A stretch of DNA of 64,000 nucleotides from Asaia bogorensis (GTDB lineage: Bacteria > Pseudomonadota > Alphaproteobacteria > Reyranellales > Reyranellaceae). The notes beneath the pieces were generated by a model that ran no database searches, was not told the DNA's origin, and was given only the letters and a program-made list of their open reading frames with translations. Made by a program: the position numbers and the translations under genes. Positions within the stretch are counted from its first letter, which is position 1; every line of letters begins with the position of its first letter. The stretch lies in the NCBI GenBank assembly GCA_945905835.1, contig CAMDQJ010000002.1, forward strand, positions 14,684-78,683, written 5' to 3'. Positions 49,888 to 59,579 of this stretch are shown here, piece by piece.

Positions 49888-50765
49888 GGGCTGAGCGTCA
49901 GCCCTTCGTGCGCCACCAGGGCGCGGGGCAGGCCGCTTTTCGCTACGCCGGGCCGCATCGCCGCCGCCTCGCGGGCGACGCCGTCCATGAAGGCATCGTC
50001 GTGGCTGGGATCGTGATGGAAGATGGCGAGCGTGCCGACATTGGCCGCATCGGCCACGCGCACGCCTTCCTGCCAGGTCGAATGGCCCCAGCCGCGATAG
50101 CGCGGGTATTCCGCGTCGGTGTAGCTCGAATCGTAGACCATGACGTCGGCATCGCGGCAAAGATCGACGATCGTCCTGTCGACGCCTCCCTCTCGATGCT
50201 CTGTGTCGGTGATGTAGCAGATCGCCTTGCCGCCGTGCTCGATGCGATAGCCGCAGGCGCCGTTGGGATGGTTGAGCGGCGCCGTGCGCATGGCGAGCGC
50301 TCCGCAGGCCAGCGTATCGCCCAGCTTGAACGAGCCGAACTCGATCGAGGCCTGGAAGATTTCCAGCGACACCGGATAAAGCGGCGCCTTCATCAGGCTG
50401 GCCAGCACGCTTTTCAGCGTGTGCGGCGGCTCGAGGTGGCCGGCCCACAGGCGCAGCTTGTTGCGCCTGTCGAACAGCAGCTCGAAGAAGGTGAGGCCGT
50501 TGATGTGGTCGAGATGGGTGTGCGTGAAATAGATGTCGAGGTCGTGCGTGCCCTGCTGCACCAGCTTGCGGCCGAGCGAGCGGATGCCGGTGCCGGCATC
50601 GAATACCAGGCGGCGGCCGCCGCCGGATACCTCCAGGCAGGAAGTATTGCCGCCGTAGCGCATGTATTCCGGGCCGGCGCAGGAAATCGACCCGCGCACA
50701 CCCCAGAACGTGACTTTCAGACCCTCGGCCAACGCCTGTTTCCTACCTTCCGACGCAGAGTCCAC
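49884..50765 (-). CDS. MBL-fold metallo-hydrolase
   Basis: FTHTHLDHINGL (HxHxDH) and downstream His/Asp ligands. 293 aa. Confidence 0.8.
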   Translation of the reverse strand: MDSASEGRKQALAEGLKVTFWGVRGSISCAGPEYMRYGGNTSCLEVSGGGRRLVFDAGTGIRSLGRKLVQQGTHDLDIYFTHTHLDHINGLTFFELLFDRRNKLRLWAGHLEPPHTLKSVLASLMKAPLYPVSLEIFQASIEFGSFKLGDTLACGALAMRTAPLNHPNGACGYRIEHGGKAICYITDTEHREGGVDRTIVDLCRDADVMVYDSSYTDAEYPRYRGWGHSTWQEGVRVADAANVGTLAIFHHDPSHDDAFMDGVAREAAAMRPGVAKSGLPRALVAHEGLTLSP

Positions 50766-50781
50766 TTGCCGGCGGCTGGCG

Positions 50782-51801
50782 TCAATCCACGCGAATCAGC
50801 AGCCTTCCGGTGTTTTCGCTCCGGTAAAGCATGGCAACGGCGTCAGGCGCCGCATCGAGGCCCTCCAGCACGTGCTCGCTGTAGGCGAGCCGGCCTTGCC
50901 GCAGCCAGCCTGCGAGTTCCGCCAGCGCCTCGCCGTAGCGCGCCTGGTAGTCGAACAGCAGGAAGTCCTGCATGCGGGCACGCTTGACCAGCAGGTGACG
51001 CTCGACACGCGGCCCCTCCGGCCATGGCGCCCAGCTCTGCAGCGCTGCGGTGCCGCAGATCGCCACCCGCGCCCCGATCGCGAGCTGACGCAACACCGCG
51101 TCGCTGATTGTGCCCGAGGTGTTGTCGAAATAGACGTCGATGCCCTTGGGGCAGGCGGCCGACAGCGCCGCGTCGAGATCGGCGCTTCGATAGTCGATCG
51201 CCTCGTCGTAACCGAAGTCGCGCTTGCACTGGGCGACCTTGTCCGCCCCGCCGGCGATGCCGACGGTGCGGCAACCTTTGATTTTGGCGATCTGTCCCAC
51301 GCAGGAGCCGACCGAACCAGCGGCGGCCGACACGACCACGGTGTCGCCGGCCTTGGGCTGGCCGATCTCGAGCAGGCAGAAATAGGCGGTGACGCCGTTT
51401 GTGCCCATGACGCCGAGCGACGCCGACAGCGGCAGGTCGCGCTCCCCGACGCGGCGCGTGACGTTGGCGCCGGTGCTGATGGCGAAGCGCTGCCAGCCGA
51501 ACATGCCGGTCACCAGCTCGCCTTCGCGCCACTCGGGATGGCGCGAGGCCACGATCTCGCCTGCGGCGAAGGCGCGCATGACGTCGCCCACCGGCACCGG
51601 CGGCGAATAGTTCGCAACATCGTTCACCCAGCCGCGCATGGCCGGCTCGACCGAGAGGAAGCGGTTGGCGACCAGGAACTCGCCGTCGGCAAGATCGGCG
51701 ACCGGCGCTTCCGACAGGGCGAAATGGGCGGCCTACGGCACGCCCACCGGACGGCTCTTGAGGATGACCCGGCGGTTCGTCAGATTTCGCGGGCTGGTCA
51801 T
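50782..51801 (-). pseudogene. NADP-dependent oxidoreductase (medium-chain reductase, YncB/PTGR-like) with an in-frame TAG
   Basis: MTSPRNLTNRRVILKSRPVGVP, then TAG at 51733-51735. The same frame continues AAHFALSEAPVADLADGEFLVANRFLSVEPAMRGW... with the AAAGSVGSCVGQIAK NADP motif. Confidence 0.75.
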
Positions 51802-51907
51802 GGCATGCGGGTCCTGCGGCTTTGTATCACCAATTATTGCAGTATCCGGACCGGCGGCGTAATGCGATTGCATTGCACAACGGCCGGTTCGGGGGCAGAA
51901 TTCGACC

Positions 51908-52279
51908 ATGGAAATTGTCAGCCAGACGCCCCGTCCCGCCCTCGTCGAACCGCCGATGCGGAAGGCCAAGTTCGCCATCGGTCAGGTGGTGAAGCACCGC
52001 GTCTACCCGTTCCGCGGCGTGATCTTCGACGTCGACCCGGTGTTCGCCAATACCGAGGAATGGCTGTCGTCGATCCCCGAGGAAGTCCGTCCGCGCCGCG
52101 ACCAGCCGTTTTATCACCTGCTGGCCGAGAACGCGCAGACGACCTACGTGGCCTACGTCTCCGAGCAGAACCTGCTGCCCGACGAGACCGGCACGCCGGT
52201 GTCGCATCCGCAGGTGCCGCACTTCTTCAAGGAAATGAAGCGCGGCCACTACGTCTCGCGCGTCCGCGCGTTGCACTAA
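51908..52279 (+). CDS. hspQ: Heat shock protein HspQ (hemimethylated-DNA-binding YccV-like)
   Basis: [24 protein letters not shown]...[10 protein letters not shown]. Confidence 0.8.
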   Translation: MEIVSQTPRPALVEPPMRKAKFAIGQVVKHRVYPFRGVIFDVDPVFANTEEWLSSIPEEVRPRRDQPFYHLLAENAQTTYVAYVSEQNLLPDETGTPVSHPQVPHFFKEMKRGHYVSRVRALH

Positions 52280-52947
52280 AACTTCAGAGAAGCGCCTTGG
52301 CGACCTGATCGACGGTCGCCGGTCCAGCCGACGATGGCGCCTTGGGCGCGGATCATGTCGAGTGTCGCCTTCTTGAATTCCGAGAAGTAGCTCTCGGTCG
52401 CGTCCTCGGCCAGCAGGCAGTCGAAGCCGCGGTCGTTGGCTTCGCGCATTGTGATTTGCACGCAGACTTCCGTCGTGACGCCGGCGAACACGAGATGGGT
52501 GATCTTGCGCTGGGCCAGGATGTCGCCGAGCGGCGTGGCGTAGAAGGCACCCTTGCCCGGCTTGTCCAGGACGATCTCGCCCGGCTTGGCCGCCAGCTCG
52601 GGAATGATGTCGGCGCCAGGCTCGCCGGAAATCAGGATACGGCCCATCGGGCCGGGATCGCCGATGCGCAGCGTGGGATTGCCGCGCGAGCGCTTGGCGG
52701 GCGGGCAGTCCGACAGGTCGGGCTTATGGCATTCGCGCGTATGGATGATCGTGAGGCCGGCTTTGCGGAAGGCTTCGATCAGCCGCGCGGTCGCCGGAAT
52801 AATCGCCCGCAGCAGGCTCACATCGTTGCCGAAGCCTTCACCGAAGCCGCCGGGCTCGATGAAGTCGCGCTGCATGTCGATCACGATCAACGCGGTGTGC
52901 GCGGAGTCGAAGGTGAAGTCGAACGGCTGGGCGGCGATGGTCTTCAT
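52276..52947 (-). CDS. Cysteine hydrolase (isochorismatase family)
   Basis: [11 protein letters not shown]...[10 protein letters not shown] catalytic Cys motif. The 3' end may be frameshifted (see findings). Confidence 0.8.
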   Translation of the reverse strand: MKTIAAQPFDFTFDSAHTALIVIDMQRDFIEPGGFGEGFGNDVSLLRAIIPATARLIEAFRKAGLTIIHTRECHKPDLSDCPPAKRSRGNPTLRIGDPGPMGRILISGEPGADIIPELAAKPGEIVLDKPGKGAFYATPLGDILAQRKITHLVFAGVTTEVCVQITMREANDRGFDCLLAEDATESYFSEFKKATLDMIRAQGAIVGWTGDRRSGRQGASLKF

Positions 52948-52961
52948 CAGTGTCCCGCCCC

Positions 52962-54039
52962 TCAGTGTCCCGCCATGGCGCGTCCGATGGCGCCGACATC
53001 GGCGGTCTTGCCGTCGGTCTGCAGCGCCAGCTTGCCGTCGAACATGACGACGATGCGGTCGGAGAGCTGCAGGATCTCGTCGAGATCCTCGCTCACCAGC
53101 AGCACGGCGGCACCCCGGTTGCGCGCCTGCACGATGCGAGCGCGGATTTCGGCGACGGCGGCGAAGTCGAGGCCGAAGCAGGGGTTGGCCACGATCAGGA
53201 GATCGCCGTCGCTGGAAAGCTCGCGTGCCAGCACCGCGCGCTGCACGTTGCCGCCGGACAGCGCCTTGATCGGCGCATCGGGGCCCGGCGTCGTCACGCG
53301 GTAGGCGTCGATGAGCTTGCGCGCCGTTTCGCGCATCGGCGAGCGCTTCAGCCGCACGCCGTCGGGCGAGGCGGGTGCCTGGTCGAATGAGCGCAGCGCC
53401 ATGTTCTCGGCCACCGACATTTCAGCGACGCAAGCGTTGCGCAGCGGTTCCTCGGGCAGGCAGGCGATCTTGTGGCGGATCATCTCGGCCCGCTTGGCGG
53501 TATAAACCTCGCCATGGACCAGCATGCGGCCGGCTTCGGCATCGCGCTGGCCGGCCAGCGTTTCCACCATCTCGCGCTGGCCGTTACCCGACACGCCGGC
53601 GACGCCGACGATCTCGCCGGCGCGGACGTCGAGATCGAGCGCATCGACGGCGAGCTGGCCGACATGGTCGGCGACGCTGAGGCCTTCCAGCTTCAACACG
53701 ACCTTGCCCGGCATCATCGTCTCGCGCTCGACCGTGCTGCGCGTGTCGCGGTGGCCAACCATCATTTCGGCCATCAGGTCGTTGTCGAGTTCCGTCGTCG
53801 GCCGGATGTCGACCAGCTTGCCGCGGCGCAGGATCGTGACGGTGTCGCAGAAGGCGTTCACTTCACGGAACTTGTGCGTGATGGTGACGATGGTGACCTG
53901 GCCGGCTTGCGTCAGCTTCTTCAACGTGGACAGAACCTCGTCGGCGTCGTCGGGCGTCAGCACCGAGGTCGGCTCGTCGAGGATCAGGATATTTCGCTTC
54001 AGGTACAGCCCGGCGGCCGATATTGAACTTTTCGATCAT
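52962..54039 (-). pseudogene. Double-NBD ABC transporter ATPase lacking most of its first nucleotide-binding domain
   Basis: The ATG at 54039 (MIEKFNI...) is out of frame by 1 nt with the body. The body begins ...AAGLYLKRNILILDEPTSVLTP (Walker B of NBD1), then has a complete NBD2 ([25 protein letters not shown]). Walker A, Q-loop and signature of NBD1 are absent. Total length is not a multiple of 3. Confidence 0.7.
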
Positions 54040-54123
54040 GTCTCTTCCCCCGCTCTTCTCCGGCCAGTTGCGGCCAGGGAGCGGCGGAGCAAGGAGCGTG
54101 CCAGCCCCTCTAAAGGGCCGTTT

Positions 54124-54828
54124 TCAGTGGATATCCTCGGAAGCTGCAAACGCTTTGCGCAGCACCTCGATGCCGAAGCCCTTTTTCTTGGCGGCGTCGA
54201 GGATGACCTTTTCCTTGCGCGCCAGCAGGTCGATGGCCGCCGGCAGCTTGGCCGCCAGCTCCATCGGGATGACCACGGCGCCGTGGCGGTCGGCGTGGAT
54301 GAGGTCGCCATGGACCACGGTCATGCCGAAGATGTCGACCGGCATGCCCCAGCCCTCGACATGCACGAAGGCGTGGCTCGGCCCGACCTTGCCGGCGAGG
54401 ATCGGGAAGCCCTTGGCCAGCACGGTGAGGTCGCGCACCGAGCCGTTGGTGACGCAGCCCAGCACGCCCAGGCCGCGGTGCACGGTGGAATTGACCTCGC
54501 CCCACATGGCGCCGGTGCCGGGATTGGAATCGAGATCCTGGATGATGGCGACCGTCGGACCGTCGTCGCTCACGACGTACTCGTACCAGCCGACACGCTT
54601 GGCCTTCTTCTCGGCGGCCGAGCCGACGGCCGGCTGGGCGGCGCGGATGATGCCGGTGCGGGCATAGCCCACCATCGGCAGCGCGTCGGGCTCGGTCGGA
54701 TGAAGATGCTGCGTCGTGAAGCCGGTGGCGGTGCGAACCCCGCGCGCCTCCTCCAGCGCATTGCAGATGGTCGGCGTGTCGACGGCACGCAGCGCCTCGA
54801 ACAGTTTCTTCTGGGTCTTGGCGTCCAT
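54124..54828 (-). CDS. RraA family protein (HMG/CHA aldolase / oxaloacetate decarboxylase-like)
   Basis: ...TPTICNALE...GAMWGEV...GCVTNGSVRD... 234 aa. Confidence 0.8.
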   Translation of the reverse strand: MDAKTQKKLFEALRAVDTPTICNALEEARGVRTATGFTTQHLHPTEPDALPMVGYARTGIIRAAQPAVGSAAEKKAKRVGWYEYVVSDDGPTVAIIQDLDSNPGTGAMWGEVNSTVHRGLGVLGCVTNGSVRDLTVLAKGFPILAGKVGPSHAFVHVEGWGMPVDIFGMTVVHGDLIHADRHGAVVIPMELAAKLPAAIDLLARKEKVILDAAKKKGFGIEVLRKAFAASEDIH

Positions 54829-54838
54829 TGTCCCCTCC

Positions 54839-55645
54839 TCAGTTCAGTGCAAACGGAAAGTACTTGTCGTTGAATTTCTTGTAGGTGCCGTCGCCCAGGA
54901 TCTCGCCGATCGCCTTGTTGAAGGCGTCGCGCAGCTTGGCGTCTTCCTTGCGCAGGCCGGCGGCGACGCCGATGCCCAGCGTCTGCGGGTCCTTGATGTC
55001 CTGGCCGGAAATCTCGCAGCATTCGCCTTCCTTCTTCTGCGTCCACAGCCAGAGCTGCACCTTGTCGCCGAACACCGCGTCGACCTCGTCCCTGGCCAGC
55101 GCCCCGCGTGCTTCGGCCAGCGTGGCGTAGCGCTTGATCTGGGCGGAGCGGCGGAAGCTCTTGTCCAGCCAGTCGGCGTGCATGGAATCCTTCTGCACGC
55201 CGATGCGCTTGTTGCGCAGCAAGGTCGCCGGGCCGTCGAAGGCCTGGCCCTTCTGCGCCACGAACGCGCCGGGCGAGAGGTAATAGCGACGCGAGAAGGA
55301 CAGCCGCTTGCGCCGGTCGGGTGTCACCTCCATCGACGACATGATGATGTCGAACTTCTTGTCCAGGAGACCGGGGATCAGCTCGTCCCACTTGTAGACG
55401 GCGAACTCGCACTCCGCCTTCATGCGCTGGCAGGCATCCTGGGCAAGTTCCATCTCGAAGCCGTTGGGCAGGCCCTTGCGGTCGAGCGAGTTGAACGGCG
55501 GAAACGCCGCCTCGGTGGCGATGGTGATCTTGAAGGCGGGTGGCGCGAACGGCGACTTGGCCGGTGGACGCGCCGGCGGGCGCTGCTGCGCCAGCGCGAG
55601 CGAAGCCGCCGTCACCAGCAGGAGCGCAAGCGCCAGTCGTTTCAT
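54839..55645 (-). CDS. Periplasmic amino-acid-type ABC substrate-binding protein (SBP family 3)
   Basis: Signal peptide MKRLALALLLVTAASLALA. ...GFEMELAQDAC...FDIIMSSMEVTPDR... Confidence 0.8.
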   Translation of the reverse strand: MKRLALALLLVTAASLALAQQRPPARPPAKSPFAPPAFKITIATEAAFPPFNSLDRKGLPNGFEMELAQDACQRMKAECEFAVYKWDELIPGLLDKKFDIIMSSMEVTPDRRKRLSFSRRYYLSPGAFVAQKGQAFDGPATLLRNKRIGVQKDSMHADWLDKSFRRSAQIKRYATLAEARGALARDEVDAVFGDKVQLWLWTQKKEGECCEISGQDIKDPQTLGIGVAAGLRKEDAKLRDAFNKAIGEILGDGTYKKFNDKYFPFALN

Positions 55646-56793
55646 GCAATCAGGCGTTCCAGCAGCGCGTTGAGCCGTTGCCTGCCGGCCGGCGTGGCGC
55701 CGAGATGTGTCGCGTCGAATTCGAGGAAGCCCGCCGCAACCAGCGGCGCGAGTTTCGCCTCGCCCAGCGCGTCGACCGGATCGGCGCCGGCGACCTCGGC
55801 GAATTGCTGGCGGTCGATGCCGTCGGCAAGCCGCAACCCCATCATCAGCGCCTCCTCCACCCGATCGTGTCCCGACACCCGCGAGGTCTCCGCCGTGCCG
55901 TGGCCGTCGCGCTCGACCGCCTCCAGCCAGGCCTCGGGCCCGCTGGCCCGCCGCGTCGCGCGCTTGGCATTACCCTCGGCAAACCGGCCATGGGCGCCCG
56001 GCCCCACACCGACGTAATCCTGATACCGCCAATAGATCAAATTATGGCGGCAGGCCGCTCCCAGACGGGCGTGATTGGAGATTTCGTAGGCGGGCAGGCC
56101 GGCTGCGCCGAGGCGTTTTTGCGTCAGTTCGAACATCGCGGCCGAGTTGTCCTCGTCGGGCAGGGTGAAGGCGCCCTTGGCGTGGTCGGTGAAGAAGCGC
56201 GTGCCGCGTTCGATGGTCAGTTGATAGAGTGAGAGATGCTCGCCCGCGAGCTTGAGCGCCCGCTCCAATTCCTCGGACCACGCTTCGGGGGTCTGGCCGG
56301 GGCGGGCATAGATCAGGTCGAAGGAGTAGCGCGCGAAATGGCGGCGTGCTGTCTCGAGGGCAGCGAGGGCTTCGTCGGTCGAGTGCTCGCGGCCGAGAAA
56401 TTTGAGCGATGCTGCATCGAGCGCCTGAACACCGAGCGACACGCGATTGACGCCCGCCTCGGCCAAGGCTGCGAATCTTCCCGACTCGACCGAGGTCGGG
56501 TTGGCTTCGAGCGTGATCTCGATGTTGGCGGCACTGTCCCAAAGTTCCTTGGTGCGCGCGATGATCGCGCCGACGGTCTCGGGTTCCATCAGCGACGGCG
56601 TACCGCCGCCGAAGAACATGGTTTCCACGCGCCGCCCCGGCGCCTCGCGCGCGGCGTGCTCGAGTTCAGTCAAAAGCGCCTTGCGCCAGTGCGCCTGCTC
56701 GACGCCGTCGCGCACATGGCTGTTGAAGTCGCAGTAGGGACACTTCGATTTGCAGAACGGCCAGTGGATGTAGACACCCAGGGGCTGGTTCAT
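55642..56793 (-). CDS. hemW: Radical SAM heme chaperone HemW (HemN-like)
   Basis: LGVYIHWPFCKSKCPYCDFNS CxxxCxxC motif and TMFFGGGTPS. ATGA overlaps on both sides. Confidence 0.85.
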   Translation of the reverse strand: MNQPLGVYIHWPFCKSKCPYCDFNSHVRDGVEQAHWRKALLTELEHAAREAPGRRVETMFFGGGTPSLMEPETVGAIIARTKELWDSAANIEITLEANPTSVESGRFAALAEAGVNRVSLGVQALDAASLKFLGREHSTDEALAALETARRHFARYSFDLIYARPGQTPEAWSEELERALKLAGEHLSLYQLTIERGTRFFTDHAKGAFTLPDEDNSAAMFELTQKRLGAAGLPAYEISNHARLGAACRHNLIYWRYQDYVGVGPGAHGRFAEGNAKRATRRASGPEAWLEAVERDGHGTAETSRVSGHDRVEEALMMGLRLADGIDRQQFAEVAGADPVDALGEAKLAPLVAAGFLEFDATHLGATPAGRQRLNALLERLIA

Positions 56794-57416
56794 TGGAAGC
56801 AGGCCTCGACCAGCATGCGGAAGGCGCGGCCGCGATGGCTTATCGCGTTCTTCTCTGCGTCGGACATCTCGGCCGTTGTGCGCGTCTCGCCCCCCTTTGA
56901 TCCGAGTGGCTGGAAGCAGGGATCGTAGCCGTGGCCGCCGGTGCCGCGCGGCGGCCAGACGATGCGGCCGTCGAGCGTGCCGTGGACCAGCTCGACATGC
57001 TCGTCGGGCCAGGCCAGCGCCAGCACGCAATGAAAGGTGGCGGCGCGCGCCTCGTCGGTGTCGGGCACGCCGCGCTTTAAAAGTTCGTTCTGGATCCGGG
57101 TCATGCCGACCATGGCGTCGCGGCTCGGGCCTTCCCAGTCGGCGGTGTAGAGACCGGGCGCGCCGCCCAGCGCATCGACGCTCAAGCCGGAATCGTCGGC
57201 CAGCGCCGGCAGGCCACTGGCGCGCACGGCGGCCAAGGCCTTGATGGTGGCGTTCTCCTCGAAGGTCGTGCCGGTCTCGTCCGGTGCGGGCAGGCCGAGT
57301 TCGGCCGCCGAGACGATTTTTACCCCGAAGGGGGAGAGAAGCGTGGCGATTTCACCGGCCTTGCCGCGGTTATGAGTGGCCACGACCAGCTTGGGCAGGA
57401 CGAACGGACGGGGCAT
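56790..57416 (-). CDS. rdgB: dITP/XTP pyrophosphatase (RdgB/HAM1)
   Basis: LVVATHNRGKAGEI...DDSGLSVDALGGAPGLYTA...FGYDPCF...ISHRGRA. Confidence 0.9.
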   Translation of the reverse strand: MPRPFVLPKLVVATHNRGKAGEIATLLSPFGVKIVSAAELGLPAPDETGTTFEENATIKALAAVRASGLPALADDSGLSVDALGGAPGLYTADWEGPSRDAMVGMTRIQNELLKRGVPDTDEARAATFHCVLALAWPDEHVELVHGTLDGRIVWPPRGTGGHGYDPCFQPLGSKGGETRTTAEMSDAEKNAISHRGRAFRMLVEACFQ

Positions 57417-58135
57417 CAGGCCTTTCCAATGGCCTTGAGCTGAAGGCGAGTGAGTTCGCCGATGCCCTTCTTGGCCAAGGCCAGCAACTGCATGAACTGT
57501 GCCTCGCTGAAGGGCGAGTCCTCGGCGGTGCCCTGGACCTCGACGATGCCGCCCTTGTCGGTCAGCACGAAATTGGCGTCGGCCTGGGCCTTGGAATCCT
57601 CGGGATAGTCGAGATCGAGCACGGCCTCGCCTTCCCACAACCCGCAGGATACGGCCGCGACCTGGCCGGTCAGCGGATTGGCCGTCATCTTGCCGTCCTT
57701 GATCAGGCGTTCGTAGGCCATGTGCAGCGCCACCCAGGAGCCGGTGATGCTGGCGGTGCGGGTGCCGCCGTCGGCCTGCAGGACGTCACAGTCGATGTTG
57801 ATCTGGCGCTCGCCCATGGCCGGCAGGTCGACCACGGCGCGCAGTGACCGGCCGATCAGGCGCTGGATCTCCTGGGTGCGGCCGGACTGCTTGCCGCGGG
57901 CGGCCTCACGGTCCGTGCGCGTATGGGTCGAGCGCGGCAGCATGCCGTATTCGGCGGTGACCCAGCCGCGGCCCGAGTTGCGCAGGAACGGCGGTACTTT
58001 CTCGTCGACCGAAGCCGTGCAGAGGACGTGGGTATCGCCGAATTTGATCAGGCAGGAGCCCTCGGCATGACGCGAAAAGCCCGGTTCGAGGCTGACGGTG
58101 CGAAGCTGGTCGGGGGCGCGGCCGGAAGGGCGCAT
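57416..58135 (-). CDS. rph: Ribonuclease PH
   Basis: [12 protein letters not shown]...[14 protein letters not shown]...[11 protein letters not shown]. 239 aa. Confidence 0.95.
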   Translation of the reverse strand: MRPSGRAPDQLRTVSLEPGFSRHAEGSCLIKFGDTHVLCTASVDEKVPPFLRNSGRGWVTAEYGMLPRSTHTRTDREAARGKQSGRTQEIQRLIGRSLRAVVDLPAMGERQINIDCDVLQADGGTRTASITGSWVALHMAYERLIKDGKMTANPLTGQVAAVSCGLWEGEAVLDLDYPEDSKAQADANFVLTDKGGIVEVQGTAEDSPFSEAQFMQLLALAKKGIGELTRLQLKAIGKA

Positions 58136-58245
58136 AGAATTCTCCTGGAACTCGCTTCTGGAAGGGCGGGAGCCGGGTGTAGCGCCGGGAGAGGCTTTAA
58201 TCCAGCTACGTTGACCGATGTTACTGTGCTACCTACATTTTTCGC

Positions 58246-59343
58246 ATGCCAATCCAGCGCATCGGCTCCTTAGGCGGCGTTCTCTCGGACGGTGGCCCGC
58301 GGCAAGCGGCCACGGTCGCCGAACTGAACGACCGCGCGCGCGAAGTGTTGCGTCTGGTGGTCGAAAGCTATGTCGAGACCGGCGAACCCGTGGGTTCCCG
58401 GGCGCTCACCCGCAAGCTCACCGAAACCCTGTCGCCGGCCACCATCCGCAACATCATGGCCGACCTGCAGGATGCAGGCCTGCTCTACGCCCCGCACACG
58501 TCAGCCGGCCGCCTGCCGACCGACGCCGGGCTGAAACTCTTCGTCAACGGCCTGCTCGAGCTCGGCAATATCTCCGAGGAAGAGCGCGAGAGCATCGAGG
58601 CGCGCTGCGCCGCCGTCGGCCGCAGCGTCAACGAGGCGCTGGAGCAGGCGACGACCATGCTGTCGGGCCTGTCGCGCTGCGCCACCGTGGTGATGGCGCC
58701 TAAGACCGAGCAGCCGCTGAAGCACATCGAGTTCGTGAACCTGGGACCGGGCCGCGCCCTGGTCGTGACGGTGTCGCAGTCGGGCCAGGTCGAGAACCGC
58801 GTGATCGACACGCCGCTCGGCCTGCCGGCCTCGGCGCTGGTCGAGGCCACCAACTATCTCAACGCCCGGCTGATCGGCCGCACGATCGACGATTCGCGCC
58901 GCCTCATCCAGGAAGACCTGAAGCTGAAGCGCGCCGAGCTGAACGATCTCACGGCGCGCGTGATCGAGTCGGGCATGGCGAGCTGGGCCGGCGAACCGGG
59001 CGGCGCGCTGATCGTGCGCGGCCAGGCACGGCTGCTTGAGGACATCACGGCGCTCTCCGATCTCGAGCGCGTGCGCACGCTGTTCGACGCGCTGGAGCGC
59101 GGCGAGAATTTCGTGCGGCTGCTCGAGCTCACCAACGTGGCCTCCGGCGTGCAGATCTTCATCGGCTCGGACAATCCGCTGTTCGCCAACACCGGCTGCT
59201 CGATGGTGGTGGCGCCGTTCCGCGGATCGAGTGAAAAGATCGTCGGCGCCATCGGCGTCATCGGCCCGACGCGGCTGAATTACGCGCGCATCATCCCGCT
59301 GGTGGACTACACCGCGCGCATGATCGGACGCGTGGTCGGCTAG
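58246..59343 (+). CDS. hrcA: Heat-inducible transcription repressor HrcA
   Basis: LNDRAREVLRLVVESYVETGEPVGSRAL winged-helix N-terminus. 365 aa. TAG stop. Confidence 0.9.
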   Translation: MPIQRIGSLGGVLSDGGPRQAATVAELNDRAREVLRLVVESYVETGEPVGSRALTRKLTETLSPATIRNIMADLQDAGLLYAPHTSAGRLPTDAGLKLFVNGLLELGNISEEERESIEARCAAVGRSVNEALEQATTMLSGLSRCATVVMAPKTEQPLKHIEFVNLGPGRALVVTVSQSGQVENRVIDTPLGLPASALVEATNYLNARLIGRTIDDSRRLIQEDLKLKRAELNDLTARVIESGMASWAGEPGGALIVRGQARLLEDITALSDLERVRTLFDALERGENFVRLLELTNVASGVQIFIGSDNPLFANTGCSMVVAPFRGSSEKIVGAIGVIGPTRLNYARIIPLVDYTARMIGRVVG

Positions 59344-59344
59344 G

Positions 59345-59533
59345 GTGCCGTTCAGCCACAGCTTCGTGGTGCCGTCGCACAATCAGGCCAAGTTCCTTCC
59401 CGCCACCCTCGACGCCCTGCTCGCCCAGAACGAGCCGTCCGAGATCGTCATCTCGGAAGATTTCTCGACCGACGAGTCGCCCGCGATCGCGCGCGCCTAC
59501 GCGGAAAAACATCCCGGCCGCTCAACCGCCTGA
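59345..59533 (+). pseudogene. 5'-terminal stub of a family-2 glycosyltransferase
   Basis: FSHSFVVPSHNQAKFLPATLDALLAQNEPSEIVISEDFSTDES is a typical GT2 N-terminus but terminates after 62 codons. Confidence 0.5.
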
Positions 59534-59579
59534 AGCGCCGCCTGCGCTCGATGTATCGCGCGCTGCGGTAGCAGTTAAG

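Noticed and set aside
58136-58245. CIRCE operator (TTAGCACTC-N9-GAGTGCTAA) upstream of hrcA.
   Set aside because: No match was seen on reading the rph-hrcA intergenic region on both strands.
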